NCBI RefSeq assembly: GCF_009914755.1
Contig: NC_060947.1
Source of the DNA: the human T2T-CHM13v2.0 reference genome, Homo sapiens
Strand: one strand, 5' to 3'
DNA: 64,000 nt
Shown one piece after another: positions 18,606 through 33,040 of this stretch (its first letter is position 1; every line of letters begins with the position of its first letter). The notes under the pieces are model-generated. The model worked only from the letters and a program-made list of their open reading frames with translations. It had not been told where the DNA came from and did not search any database. A program made the translations under genes and the position numbers.

Positions 18606-19465
18606 CAAGAGGTTAAGACAAGTTAAGGACTTGTCTCCTTACTGTCAGTTAAATGCCCCACGATTCAGAGGTGGGGGCGCTGAGGAGAAAAATGAAAAAG
18701 AGCATATTCACGCAACAATATATTTCATCCAAAAATCCCACTGTTTTTAGATACAAAATTAGCTCCTGTGTGGTTATTAAAGAAGATTTAGGTTATGTAA
18801 TCCAGAATCCTGGTGTAACCCTGGACCACATGTGATTGTTAGGATCACCATGAACTAGACCTTGCTCCACATGGCTATTCTTGTTTCCAGTCACATTGTC
18901 TTCTCACGTTCACCACAGAATGGATGGCAAGACAGAGCTGGTCATTCGCTGCCCCACAAGAATATTTCTATAAAGGTTTCTAGTGGAGGCCATGAACAAT
19001 CATCCTTGGAAGAGAGTCTTGACTGGAAATAGCTGTCATTGGGTATACCTTGTAGAGAATCAAGGACCCAGAATGGGTCTTTTGGTCCTGTAACTAAAGA
19101 ACACAGACCTTAGCATGGCCTGTATCAGATCAACTGAGTTCAGTTTTCTGGACTCCTCAAGATTATCATTCAAAAAAATGATTTTATATGTGATTTACAA
19201 TGATTAGACCAAGAAAGCAGACTGAACCCACATGCCAGCTTTCCCTTCTACCCTCAAAGCTGTTGAAATGACAGAAAAGATATACACACACAGTTTTGAA
19301 AATAATTAATGCATGTCAGTGCTGGAAAATAGGAATCTCTGAAAGAGGGAAAATGAGATTGAATAGAAAGCAAGAAAAAATTAGAGATTTTAGAAACTAA
19401 AATTTTGATTGTTGACATTTTCTGCCGTGCAAGTCCTAGTTATTTATAAGAAGTTTTAAGAGAGG

Positions 19466-19829
<364 letters not shown>

Positions 19830-20018
19830 TTAGCACCTTCCAAATTAGTAGTTTAAAAATCATGGAGTATAGCTCTTTAAAGATGAAGATAAATCATAGT
19901 AGGGTAGAATCACTACCAAAGTTTTGGATTTGGAAAGGACTTTGGCCATTCTGAAAAAATGAGGCAAGTCTAACCAATTTGCTAGCCCAGCACAAAAGAG
20001 GATGTTGCTTCTATAGTG

Positions 20019-20382
20019 TGATATGGTTTGGCTCTGTGTCCCCACCCAAATCTCATCTCAAATTGTAATCCCCATGTGTCAAGGGAGGGACCTGGTGGGA
20101 GGTGATTGGATCATGGGGCAGATTCCCCCATGATGTTCTTAGGATAGTGAGGGAATTCTCACAAGATCTCATGGTTTTAAAAGTGGCAGTTTTTCCTGCA
20201 CCCTCTCGCTCTTCTGCTGCCCTGTAAGATGTGCCTTGCTTCCTCTTCGCCTTCTGCCATGATTATAAGTTTCCTGAGGCCTCGTCAGTCATTCAGAACT
20301 GTGAGTCAATTAAACCTCTTTTTCTTTATAAGTTACGCAGTCTCAGGTAATCTTTATAGCAGCATGAGAATGGACTAATACA
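20019..20382 (+). mobile_element. THE1D-type solo LTR
   Basis: TG...CA termini; perfect TSD TAGTG. Confidence 0.92.
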
Positions 20383-20899
20383 TAGTGCCTGAATGATTTG
20401 CTAGCAATAAAAAAAATCCATCATATTTCATGTGGTCCAAACAAGGCTTAAGTTGTGACAGGTGCCAAAACTACACTGGAAGCCTTGACAGAACCAGCTG
20501 ACTCTTCTATACAGTTTCCAGCCTCTAGGCTTTTCAAGTCTTAGCTGGAAATACTAGAAACAAAGTCTTTCCCAGTCTTTTGAAGTTTGTCTAGCAAAAT
20601 CACTTTGTGATTTTGTGCTTAAAAAAAAAAAGAAGAAGCATGAATCTGATTCTGTAAAACAAATTAGTGTGTAATGAAATGATTTAAAATTTACTACATT
20701 CATTATCTGCTCATAGTATCTGGTGTGATTACATTAAAACTCCATTAGAGAAATATGGAATGGTCCAGATTCAGAATTATCTGATTTCTTAATGAGGAAC
20801 AATAGGGCATTTAGTTGGTTAAGAAACAACAGTTCCTTTGAATTACAAATTAACTCAATATTAGTGTTGTGGTTTTAATGCATTTAATATTTCATCACA

Positions 20900-21072
20900 G
20901 TAGGAAGTCTACTAGGCTTGAGACAGGACATCTCAATTCTAATTCTAGGTCTGTTACCACATGCCTCATGACTTTGAACAAAGCAGTTAACCTCTCTGAG
21001 CTTTGGTTTCCTCATCTGGAATATGAAAGGATTGGACTAAAATATTCTCCAAGGTTTTCTTCCTAACTCTGA
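20900..21072 (+). mobile_element. MIR
   Basis: GACTTTGAACAAAGCAGTTAACCTCTCTGAGCTTTGGTTTCCTCATCTG. Confidence 0.7.
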
Positions 21073-21593
21073 AATACGGTGGTTCCATTTCTTTTTTTCC
21101 CCCCAGGGCCCTTTGATTCCCACACCTCCTTCCTCTATTCCAGGCTTCTAGGTTACTCTTGCCTCTACTTCCCCCACTGCCCAAGGTTATTCTTTGTGAC
21201 ATCTGCCATCCTAGGCAGTAGCACCTATCCCAGGCTTCTTCCTCCTGGACACCAATGAAAACTTCCTCTCATGTGTCCCATTTCCTCAGAGCCATTCTAC
21301 ACGTGGATTTCCTTCTCTGAATAACAGTTCCTTCACCTAAGGGAGTGAAGTGACGCTGAGGATAGGAGCTACTGTGGCTAGGGCAGGGTTGGGGAAAGGT
21401 CAAGTTCTGCTGTCTGTTCCATGCTGCTGGGGCCTGTTGCGTGAGAATCGAGGCTTGCGTACTTGCCTTTAATGTGGGTCTGTAAGGAGGGTCCTGGGGG
21501 GTTGAGAGACTGAGGGAGGGAGATGCCCACCTGGTTTTGAATAAAAGCAAAGGGAAAGCCTTTGCCCAACATGCATAAACGTCAGCCTATTCA

Positions 21594-21897
21594 GGCTGGG
21601 CATGGTGGCTCACGCCTGTAATCCCAGCACTTTGGGGGGCTGAAGTGGGCAGATCACTTGAGGTCAGGAGTTCGAGAGCGGCCTGGACAATGTGGTGAAA
21701 CCCCGTCTCTACTAAAAATATGAAAATTAGCCAGGCAGGTTGGCACGCGCCTGTAATCCTAGCCACTCAGGAGGCTGAGGCACGAAAATCACTTGAACCT
21801 GGGAGGCGGAGATTGCAGAGGTTGCAGTGAGCCAACATGGCGCCACTGCACTCCAGCCTGGGTGACAGTGCGAGACCCTGTCTCAAAAAAAAAAAAA
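21594..21897 (+). mobile_element. AluS
   Basis: Full dimer with small internal duplication (GATTGCAGAGGTTGCAG). Confidence 0.93.
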
Positions 21898-22181
21898 GTC
21901 TATTCAGTCATTTAAATTTTAATTTAAACTTACGCAAATGAGGTAGAGTACATGTAATTGCATCTGTGTACATAATAACCATTATGTACAGTGTTGTAAT
22001 AATTTATATCTATACTTAAACATAAGTGGTTTTGTTTTGATTTTTGCCTATGGGGATCTCACCCCAAACCCTTAGATGTTTGTCTAATTCTCTCTCGGGT
22101 TTTTTCTGCCCATCATGGGCTTTGAAGGAAGTTTGCTGGGCAGTAGAGACACCAAGGCACTAAGAGTAAAAATTTCTTCAT

Positions 22182-22476
<295 letters not shown>

Positions 22477-24104
22477 TTAATTAATTCACAATCCCCTATA
22501 TTGCCTGTCCTCCCAATTCTATGAGTCAGTTGGCATATTTATCTTATAACCCTGCATGTCACAATACCCACCCTGCCTGTGACCCAAACACAAGGTCACA
22601 AAGTGCCTGCGTGACATTTACAAGCTCTCCTGAACCCCAAATCTTCTCTCCAAAAACCAAGTTCCCCCGAGCATCTCCCTTCTGGATGGATTGGCATGGT
22701 TGTAGAGTATATTTATGCACATGTGTGTTTACCCTGCAGGCTAAGTGATTGCAGCTTCTCTTTTAACACGCTTACATGAGAAATGTCTCCTGCATATAGC
22801 CTGAAACTTTATTTTTCACTTTAACCAAAACATTATCTCTCACCTATCAATATCTTGGCCCACGTGGTGTTGTGCCACGGCAGAAATACTGAGTATGAGA
22901 AAACCAAAAGGCAAGGAAATTCTGTGTCGCCTCCCTTGGTATTCCACCTCCCCACCCCCACCCTCGTGTCTAGACATTGCAGCAGGCTTAACAGTTACCA
23001 CCCTTTTTTTTTTTCCACATTTCATTAATTGGACAAGTCAAACAATCGCTAATCTGGCAATTCTGTGCAAGTTAAAACACTGGAACATGTTACCCCGCAT
23101 TGCCTGCCAAATCACACTAAAATTCGGATCCACGAAGGTGCTGAAAGACTTTTTCAAAAGTTTGTCCTGCCTGGCTTCCTGCTTTTTCGGCCGACTTTGA
23201 AAAGGGATCAGAGGAAGCTGTTCAAGAAGCAAATCAACAACAACAGCATAAACAGCAAAACAGCATAAAAAATAACACTTCTTTGTTATTTTTCACAATT
23301 AACTGAAATCCAGAGTTTGGTGGCAGGGGAGAAAAAAAGGGAGTGGGACAGAGCGTCCCCACACCCTGAGATAATTGCATCAGGGTGGAAAAATGACCAC
23401 CACACCCAGGCGGTCAGATTTCTGGGGTCACTTAATCACGCTCTGCACACCTGTGCTCAGAAGGCAGTGCAGCTGCAGACACAAATACTGTTAGATGAAG
23501 AAGCCAATGATCCTGTTCCTTGCTAGATTTAGCTGCTTCCAAATGTCCAAGATGAGCTCAAACAATCTTTGAAAAGTGAAGTGAAGCAAAAGCACAAAAA
23601 TGGTCTCTGCAGTGTGCTCTGCCAGAGTCAGTCTCGGGGCCAAAACTTCTCTTCCACACTGCTTCAACCTGTGCTCGGCCTTCCACTAGCCCACAGGACC
23701 TCAGTTTCCCATGGCCATGATGTTCTTCAGATGCTCTGTGCATGGGGCGAGCTGTATAAATGAGGGTCTCCAGCAGACCCCAGAAGTACCGTCAGATTGA
23801 GTCCCTCTAAATATCATCAACTCTGTCTGCACCTCTTCCTCCTGGGTTTCCTTGCTTATAGTATTCCCAGTAAATGTTACTAAGAGGTGAGAATGTGAAC
23901 ACTTGCAGGAAGCAGAACAGCAATCATTCTTTCATCACAGATTTCCATGGAAATCCAGGAAATGAAACAGAAAGGAAGTTGATCAAAGAACTGCTTTAGG
24001 TTTGTAGTCTGATTTTCATGAAAGTTCGTTCAGGAGACCATACTAGACAATCTCAAAGACCAATTTAGGCCTGAAATGCATCTTCTTTTTTTTTTCCCTA
24101 CACA

Positions 24105-24391
24105 TTAGGATTTGGGTCTGGATTGGGAACAGGATGTAATATACCAATACAGGCCATGAGCCTGGCTGCTGAACTTCCTGAGTTCAAAAGACGTGGTTGG
24201 TTGCCACATCCCGCCATGGATTTGGTCTATTTTATAGCTAGAGGCAAAGATCCAGTGTTTGAGCAGAAATCCTGGGATGGTTCTGAGATTGCTGTTGATG
24301 ATCCCAAACCTACCCTGGAAGTCTTCAGAAGGACAAATCTATCCATCTCTCTAGGGCACTTAGAAGAGGACCTGGGGTTGGCCTGGAGCCT
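24105..24391 (-). pseudogene. Candidate terminal coding exon H
   Basis: Acceptor TAATTGCTTTCAG|, phase 1. Three early stops, then ICPSEDFQGRFGIINSNLRTIPGFLLKHWIFASSYKIDQIHGGMWQPTTSFELRKFSSQAHGLYWYITSCSQSRPKS and TAA at 24107-24105. Confidence 0.52.
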
Positions 24392-24499
24392 CTGAAAGCA
24401 ATTACCAGCAAAGCCGATTCCCTCGTGGGAATCCACTTCAGCTTTTACACTCATCTAGAGCTAGCACAGATGATAAAGCAGGTTTGCCGTCAGTGCCCT

Positions 24500-25260
24500 G
24501 TATCCCCTGTTAGAGCCCACAGACCCCTTATTGTTCTTTCCCTTTCTTCCTCCCAGGTACTTAATGCACTCATGAGGCCCCTGCATGGTCCAGCGTATTC
24601 CACCAGCTAGATGAACCCTGGTGCCTCCCAGCCACTGTCACACCTCACTTGGATCCTGCAGCAGTGTCTGGTCTTGGACCTCCTACAATCTGTTTTCTAT
24701 CCTAGAGCACAAATCTTATCAGGTTATAGTCTTTCCTAAAACCCTTCCTTGGCTTTCCATTAGCATTAGGTTGGACGGCACGCTTCTTTCCATGGTGGGC
24801 TTGTCATTTAACATCTGGCCTGTGCTGCTCTCTCCAGCCTCACCTCTTGCTACTTTCCTACGCACATGCAATGCTCTCTCCAGCCTCACCTCTTGCTACT
24901 TTCCTACGCACATGCAATGCTCTCTGCAGAATTTTCTTCAGTTCCTTTACTGCACCATGCCTTCTGGCCTTCATATCTGCTATTCCCTCTCCCAGAATAC
25001 TCTTTCCTTCCTTCTTTGCCCAGGTCATCATTGTCATGGGGTCACTCCTCATCTTTCTCCACCATGAAGCCCCCTAATTTCCCTAGGCTGGTTTCTGTTC
25101 TCTTACAGCCACCTGTACGTCTCCAGTCACACCTCCTTGTCACTGCTTCGTTGGTTGCCTGTCATCCCTGACTAGACAGAAGGCTCCACGGATGCAGGAA
25201 CTTTACCTGTTTTGTTTGCCATCAATCCGTCCAGGCACCTGGATGTATTCTTACTGACAT
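24500..25260 (+). mobile_element. L2 LINE fragment
   Basis: AAAACCCTTCCTTGGCTTTCCATTAGC, CTCTCCAGCCTCACCTC, ACTAGACAGAAGGCTCCACGGATGCAGGAAC. Confidence 0.7.
24826..24925. repeat. Perfect 46-bp tandem duplication (2 copies plus 8 bp)
   Basis: TGCTCTCTCCAGCCTCACCTCTTGCTACTTTCCTACGCACATGCAA at 24826-24871 and 24872-24917, then TGCTCTCT. Confidence 0.97.
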
Positions 25261-25732
25261 GCTTAGCAGATTTAGCAGAAACTCACCGTCACCCTTGGCC
25301 TGATGGATCTTGAAAAATAACAATACTATCTAATATTTCCACTTCGGGGTCTACAACATTACTTCCTTTGAGACATCATGTTGAGAGGTAGGCAGATGAG
25401 CTCCACTTTAATATACCAGTGCCCTGGGGCTCAGGGCGAAAGCCTCAAGCGTCATTGTCTATTCACTCAGTGGCTACTTCTGTCTACAATACAAAAGGCC
25501 TCATGTTAGTTTCTAAGGATACAAAGATGAAAAAAGAATGATCTTTGTACCTGAGAATCTCAAAGTCTAGACGGAAACAAAGTGTGAGAAGTTGTAATGG
25601 AGGTATGAACAAAATGTGGTGGAAACAGAAAAGCTACTGACTCGACTTGGGGAAGGTGGAAAGGTCACAGACAGTCCCTCCTGTCTTCCTGCAAGCTTCC
25701 ACTGATCCTTTGAGACTAACTTAACCTGTTAC

Positions 25733-26113
25733 CCGATCCTTGTCTTTTCTCCTCTCTATCCCTTTTTGAGGCTCCCTCAGTTCTACATAGAACAAACTGA
25801 ACCGTGGTCCCATAGCACACTTCTTTTATAACACCTATCAAGTTCCTCGAGTCTAGGAAATTTCTGTAAGTCAGGAAAAGCGGAAGTCGGGCCCACCAGA
25901 TGGCTGCTACATGTGGGCTGAGGAGCCTCCAGAGAGAGAACTTGATCCCAGACACACTGAGCCCAGTGGGAAACCTTAGTCATCAGGCAGGAGAGGCAAT
26001 CCACAAGCTGAAGGATGAGAAGCGATTCTGAGGACAGCAGGATGTCTGCCACTGAGATTTTCATACCTCTAAACCTCCAATGCAAACTCACAGCTGGAGT
26101 GTGAGCTGGAGGG
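25733..26113 (-). pseudogene. Candidate exon G
   Basis: Acceptor GGCTTTCATTCATAG| and weaker donor GATCGG|GTAACA; 381 nt, phase 1-1. 3' half open: SGIKFSLWRLLSPHVAAIWWARLPLFLTYRNFLDSRNLIGVIKEVCYG. Confidence 0.4.
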
Positions 26114-26384
26114 CTATGAATGAAAGCCGAAAGAGCTGTTTCACTAAGAACCTTTAAGAAATTAAGATATTGGCTGCATGCTTTGGGAGCCCTCTAACAG
26201 ACTGAGACATAAAGGAGAGATGGGCATCCTCCCCCTTTGTCCACTGCAGACAACTTCTCTGGTACTACAGGGACCCCAATGAGCCTGGAATTGCCCCTGG
26301 CCAAGCAGCAGTGACACCCAGCCAAGACTTCGATGCCATAAGTAGAAAGACAAGCACCCAGTGGGACGAGATAGATTCCTAGGG

Positions 26385-26650
26385 TAGTACTTACCAAATT
26401 GTGGGGCTTGATGCATTAGTTAGTGGGTCATGAAAATAAATTGGTGGCTCATGACCAGCAGTTTTTCATAGACTAGAATAGGATTAAAAAATCAGAGCGC
26501 CTCACAAGTAGTGTTTTATGGAAGTAGGCATATATGTATATGCAAGTATGTGTGCATGTGTGAGTATACATGTATAAATGTACTGGGTCATTATGTAAAA
26601 TATATCCCTTCCTGTGGACCATGGTCAAAATCACAAAGGGATTGCCTGTG
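26385..26650 (+). mobile_element. hAT-Charlie MITE (Charlie4-like)
   Basis: TAGTGGGTCATGAAAATAAATTGGTGGCTCATGACCAGCA...AATCAGAGCGCCTCACAAGTAGT. Confidence 0.5.
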
Positions 26651-26744
26651 GAACAGTAGTATATGATAGAAATGGTAGTTAACTTAAATCCTGTATTTAA
26701 GTTCATAAATATTCCCAGATATAACCAAGTAGGGTTTGCAAGAG

Positions 26745-26981
26745 CTAGCTGCACGATCTACTATAGTAGCCACTAGCACATGTGGCTATTTAAATTAATT
26801 AACTAAAAGTAACAATTCCATTCCTTAGTAGTACCGGCCACATTTCAAATGCTCAAAAGAGACTTGTGGCACAAAAGAGGCTATGCTCAAAAGAGTCTAG
26901 TACATTTTTTGCATATTCCTTATTGGATAGCACAGATATAGAACATTTCCAACATCCAGAAAGTTCTATTGGACAGCTCTA
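26745..26981 (+). mobile_element. MER3-type hAT element
   Basis: TAGCCACTAGCACATGTGGCTATT...AGAAAGTTCTATTGGACAGCTCTAG. Confidence 0.8.
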
Positions 26982-27274
26982 GGCTACAGGTTCCATATCA
27001 GCAGGAGCGGGGAAGAGTTAGTAAAGTATAGGCACTGACTGTTCTGGCTTCTGCCTATACCCACAGACAGATGAGCCCTGGGGATCCTATAGAAATGATG
27101 TACTATCTACTTTCCCACAACCTATTTCCAGCCTGTCCAACTGGATTGTGAGGCCCTTGAAGATGGATGCTATGTCTTACTCATCTTTGTCTACAAGAAG
27201 AAGAGCAAGTTTGGGGAACTGAGAGAACTGAAGCTGAAAAGATTATGGGATATCCAGGAAGAGATATTCCCAGG

Positions 27275-27450
27275 ATATGATTCTTAACCCTGCTTCTGTG
27301 TCAGAAATTACCTGTGGAGTTTTAAAAACATGCAAATGCTTAGGCCTTGCTCTGCATAAATTGGACCAGAAATCCCAGGGATGGGGCGTGTACACCTATA
27401 TATTTTTAAAGTTCTACAGATGATTGCGAAGTATAGTCTGACTCCATCAT
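27275..27450. mobile_element. MER5A-type
   Basis: TTCTTAACCCTG...TCAGAAATTACCTGTGGAGTTTTAAAAA. Confidence 0.55.
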
Positions 27451-27459
27451 TGACCCCTA

Positions 27460-28075
27460 TAAATATAGAACTTGAAAAAGAGGTTAAGCTGGACATTAGA
27501 TTTAGAAATCATCAACATGTAAACTGTACTTATGCAAGAGGAATGGATGAGTTCACTCACGGAGATTGAAGAACAAGAAGAGAAGATAAAGTACAAAACC
27601 TAAGATGGAAAGAGGCAAGACTAACATAGGAGTCTGAGAAATGGAGGCCAAAGAACTAAAAAGGAACATCAGTAAGTGTACATTTAGATGCAAGTAACAG
27701 AACGTCCTAGCTCACATCAGCTTAAACAATAAGGAAACTGACTATGTCACACACAAGAAGTTCACTAGCATGGGCTCCAGGCATAGTACATGAGGATTTC
27801 AACTTTACTTCTGTGAAACTTGTCCAGAATAGTGTCGGCTTCCTCCCCAGGCTGGAGGGGAAGTGACTGCAGAAGTTCTTAAAACAATTGTTCATTGTCA
27901 TGTGGGATAGAACCATCACGATTGACTTAGACTAATCATATTTGGGTTTGAATGAATGTCGAGGTGTCAATCACAGTAAACAGGACAGAAGGGAAGCAGA
28001 AGAGATGGGTGTCAGAGAAGTCAAAGGAGTAAGTAGATTACCTGCAGAGTCAAATGCAGCATTGAGGTGAGGGTG
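27460..28075 (-). mobile_element. L2 fragments interrupted by an old MLT1 piece (~27680-27975)
   Basis: GAATGGATGAGTTCACTCACGGAGA, GTCAAATGCAGCATTGAGGT; GCAAGTAACAGAAC...GCTTAAACAATAAGGAA. Confidence 0.5.
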
Positions 28076-28331
28076 CATACTTTGCACATAGTAGAATTGA
28101 ATTATTTTTAATAAAATATATTTTCTGGTGGTTGATCATGATAAATTAGCCTTACCTAGCTGGAACCATGGTGTATAACAGCTCAGAATTCTAGCAGATC
28201 ACTCAAAGGCAGAGATCAAGAAACAAAGAGGGTCATAGTAAAACAAGAAGAAAAAAGAATGGAAGGTCAAGAGTAGGGAGAAGAAAAAAGAAGTTTTTAA
28301 GTTGCCATTAACAGCACAGAAGACATCTTAC

Positions 28332-29021
28332 CATCATATCCGGCCAAGAAAAAATGTTAAATCAACCAGAGAACACATATTCCAAAGATTCAGATTTAAG
28401 AGCAGCTGTAACTTGTGACTTATGGTAAATTTAAAGAACTTCAGTGTCTTGTTTTACTTAGTGTTGTCAAGGCAGCCCCATGGCCTCGAAAACTTTGGCA
28501 AAGCAATTTTTGGCCAACAGAGAAGCCATCTCTCAGAGGCCTCCGTTGGCCATTACCCACTATATAGATCAGTTCCTTGATGCTATCCTCAGAACAAATT
28601 TTCCAACAGATGATAAGTCAATGAGAACACACTGAGAATTGTAAGATAATTTATTTTCCATCTGTTTTCACCTGTATTCAATTGAGGATACCAGACCATA
28701 GCCCAGGCAATATATGACAGAGGCCAAGGGCTACTCCACCCGTATTTTTAAAAGTGCCCATCATGCCAATTTTAGCATTGCAGCTGTAAATAACAAGACC
28801 CCAGAGTCCCGGGGAGTGATCTCATTCCCAAACATACATCTGAGCTTAAAGATAACCAGTGCGTTGTTAGGGATCATTGTGTTACTGGGGGTGCTGAGCT
28901 CACTAAAGCTTATGTGGCCCAGCTTCATTTCCTGAGGGTTCTTATGTACATTCTCCCCTCCCTTTTCCATCTGGGAATTGCATAAACTGTTTCCCAGGGA
29001 CCAAAATATAAGAACCATGCA
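28332..29021 (-). pseudogene. Candidate exon F: GREB1 C-terminal-domain-like
   Basis: Pyrimidine-rich acceptor ...CTTCTTACCAAATCTCCCAG| and donor ATGATG|GTAAGA; 690 nt, phase 1-1. VHGSYILVPGKQF..., MYVWE*DHSPGLWGLVIYSCNAKIGMMGTFKNTGGVALGLCHI..., ends HFFLAGYD. Many stops. Confidence 0.58.
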
Positions 29022-29134
29022 CTGGGAGATTTGGTAAGAAGTAGGGGAGGCACATCATCTCTACTGGCATAGTCTGATAGTTTCATTTTTGTATTACTCA
29101 GTGGGGAATTTAACAGCAAAGCACACTGGAGATG

Positions 29135-29660
29135 TCGATTGAAAACTCTCCTTAAAATCTGTCAACAGTTTCCCATGGCTTTTGCAATAAAGATCAAATT
29201 CCTAGTATGGCTTACAAGACCTTGCAGGGTCTGCCAGCCCCTCCAGTATCCACCATGCTGCCCCCTACTTCTCACTGTCCTCTGGTTCCCTGGCAGAGGA
29301 GGTCCAGTTCCCTCTATCTGGAACCCACTCTACCTCACACACAGTCTTCACCTACTTTGTTCTTAATAATCCTAAAAAGTTCAACTCAAAAGTTACTTCC
29401 TCAGAGAAGCCTTCCCAGATTATATTAGGATCATCCTTTATACCTTTTCCTACTATTTGAATTTTTTTTTTCTTCTAGGACATTTATTCAATTGTGTAAT
29501 TGGTTTTTTAATTTCTGTCTTTCATGAGCACTCTAAGTATAATATTATGAGTTTAGTGATCATGCCTGTCTTGTTCACTCTACTCAGCACCCAGCCCAGT
29601 GCCTGGCACATTGTAACTCAGTAATTAAGTGTCTTGCCTACCAAATGACTGCATGCATGA
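29135..29660 (+). mobile_element. L2 3' end
   Basis: CTTCCTCAGAGAAGCCTTCCC...CCCAGTGCCTGGCACA. Confidence 0.75.
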
Positions 29661-29751
29661 GTTGCCATTCCTCATCTCCATTTGAGCTAAAGTGGGTTAT
29701 TCTGAATCTGTTCAATATTGAAATAGCTCAAAAGGTTTTTTCTTATGCTAG

Positions 29752-30090
<339 letters not shown>

Positions 30091-30224
30091 CTGTTCAAAC
30101 ACTTTTTAAATAACAGTTTCTTTGAGATATAATTCACATGCCATATAATTCACCCACTTAAAGTGGACAGTTCAATGATTTTTGGCATATTCACAGTTAT
30201 GCAGCCATCACCACCAGTAATTTT

Positions 30225-30606
30225 TGGTATGGTTTGGCTTTGTGTCCCCATCCAAATCTCATCTTGAATCGTAATCCCATAATCTCCATGTGTCGTGGAA
30301 GGGACCCAGTGGGAGGCAACTGAATCATGGGGGCAGTTTCCCCTCATGCTGTTCTCATGATAGTGAGTGAGTTCTCACGAGATTTGATGGTTTCATAAGC
30401 GACTGGCATTACCCCTGCTGGCACTCATACTTCTCCTTCCTGCTGCCATGTGAAAAAGGACGTGTTTGCTTTCCCTTCTGCCATAATTATAAGTTTCCTG
30501 AGGTCTCCCCAGCCTGGTGGAACTGTGAGTCAGTTAAACTTTGTTTCTTTATAAATTACCCAGTCTCAGGCAGTTCTTCACAGCAGCATGAGAACAGACT
30601 AATACA
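30225..30606 (+). mobile_element. THE1C/D solo LTR
   Basis: TG...CA termini; perfect TSD ATTTT. Confidence 0.92.
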
Positions 30607-31151
30607 ATTTTAGAATCCTTTAATCACCTCAAAAGGAAATCCTGTACCCATTAGACAGGCACTCCTCCATTTTCTCCCAGTCCTAGTCAATCAGTCTACT
30701 TTCTGTCTCTGTAGATTTGCCTATTTGGGACATTTTATAAATGGAATCATATAGTATGTGGTATTTTGTGACTGGCTTCTTCACTTAGCGTAATGTATCA
30801 AGACTGTAGCACATACCAGCACTTCATTTCATTTTATTGCCAAATAATACTCCATTCCATAGATAAACACTTTATCAGTTGATGGTCACTTGAATTGTTT
30901 CTATCTTTCAGGTATTATGAATAATGCTGCTGCTATTTGTACATTGATGTGCAAATTTTTGTATGGACATGTGTTTTCATTGTTCATGGCATATACATAA
31001 GAGTAGAACTTCTGGGTCATATGGTAATTCTATGTGTAATCTTTTGAGGAACTGCCAAACTGATTTCCAAAGCAGCTGCATCATTTTATATTCCTACCAG
31101 AAGGATATAAGGGTTCTAATTTCTCTACATCTTCACCAACACTTGTTATAG

Positions 31152-31673
<522 letters not shown>

Positions 31674-32692
31674 TAGTTGTTTTCATTGTTGAGTTCTTTA
31701 TACATCCTAGATATGAATTCCTTATCAGACATCTGATTTACAAAACTTTTCTGTCCCTCTGTGGGTTGTCTTTTCACTGTTTTGATACTGTCCTTTCGGG
31801 CACAAAACTCTTTGATTTTGATGGAATCAAATTTATCTACTTTCTCTTTTGTTGCCTATACCTTCGGTGTCATATCTGGTGTCATATCTATGAAATCATG
31901 CCTAATCTGAAGTCATAAAGACTTAGGCCTATTTTTCTTCTGTGAGTTTTTATTTTTGATCTATTTGAGTGAATTTTTGTATGTAATGTGAAGAAGAGTT
32001 CTAACTTCATTCTTTTCATGTGAGTATCCAGTTGTCCAGTACTATTTACTGAAAAAACTCTTCCCCCAATTGAATTATTTTGTTACCTTTGTCAAAAATC
32101 AATTAACTGTAAATGTGATTTATTTCTGGACTCACAATTTTATTCCATTGAGCTATATGTCCAACCTTATACAAGTACCACACTGTCTTGATTGTTGTAG
32201 CTTTGTAGTAAGTTTTGAAATTGGGATATTTAAGTCCTCCAACTTTGTTCTTCTTTTTCAAGGTTGTTTGAGCTACTCTGGGTCTCTTGAATTTCCATGT
32301 CAATTTTAGGGTCAGTTTGTCTATTTCTGCAAAGAAGCTAGCTGGGGTTTGGATAGGGATTACATGAAATCTGTAGATCAGTTTGAGAACTATTGCCATC
32401 TTAATGATATTAATTCTTCTGGCCTATGAACATGAGATGTCTTTCCATTTATTTAGTCCTTCTTTAATTTCTTCAACAATGTTTGGTAGTTTTCAGAGTA
32501 CATGTTTCATACTCCTTTTGTTAAATTTATTCCTAAGCATTTTATTTTTTTATGCTGTTTATAAATGAAATTATTTTCTTAATTTTATCTTTGGATTGTT
32601 CATTACAAGTAGATAGGAATAAAATTGATTTTTGTATATTGATCTTGTACCCTACAACCTTGTTGTTAAAGGTATCACAACCTGGAATCTGA

Positions 32693-33040
<348 letters not shown>

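Noticed and set aside
23082-23110. p53 response element (GAACATGTTA...)
   Set aside because: Only one imperfect half-site.
24123-24395. Plus-strand 90-aa ORF (likewise 39598-39879 and 53899-54111) as real genes
   Set aside because: Most simply antisense shadows of decayed minus-strand coding exons; no recognisable family.
24826-24925. Direct repeats as a CRISPR-like array
   Set aside because: Head-to-tail duplication without spacers in primate DNA; no cas genes.
28784-28837. Internal GT..AG splitting exon F
   Set aside because: Only 54 nt, below the usual minimum intron size, and it would remove the YVWE*DHS..GLVIY match.
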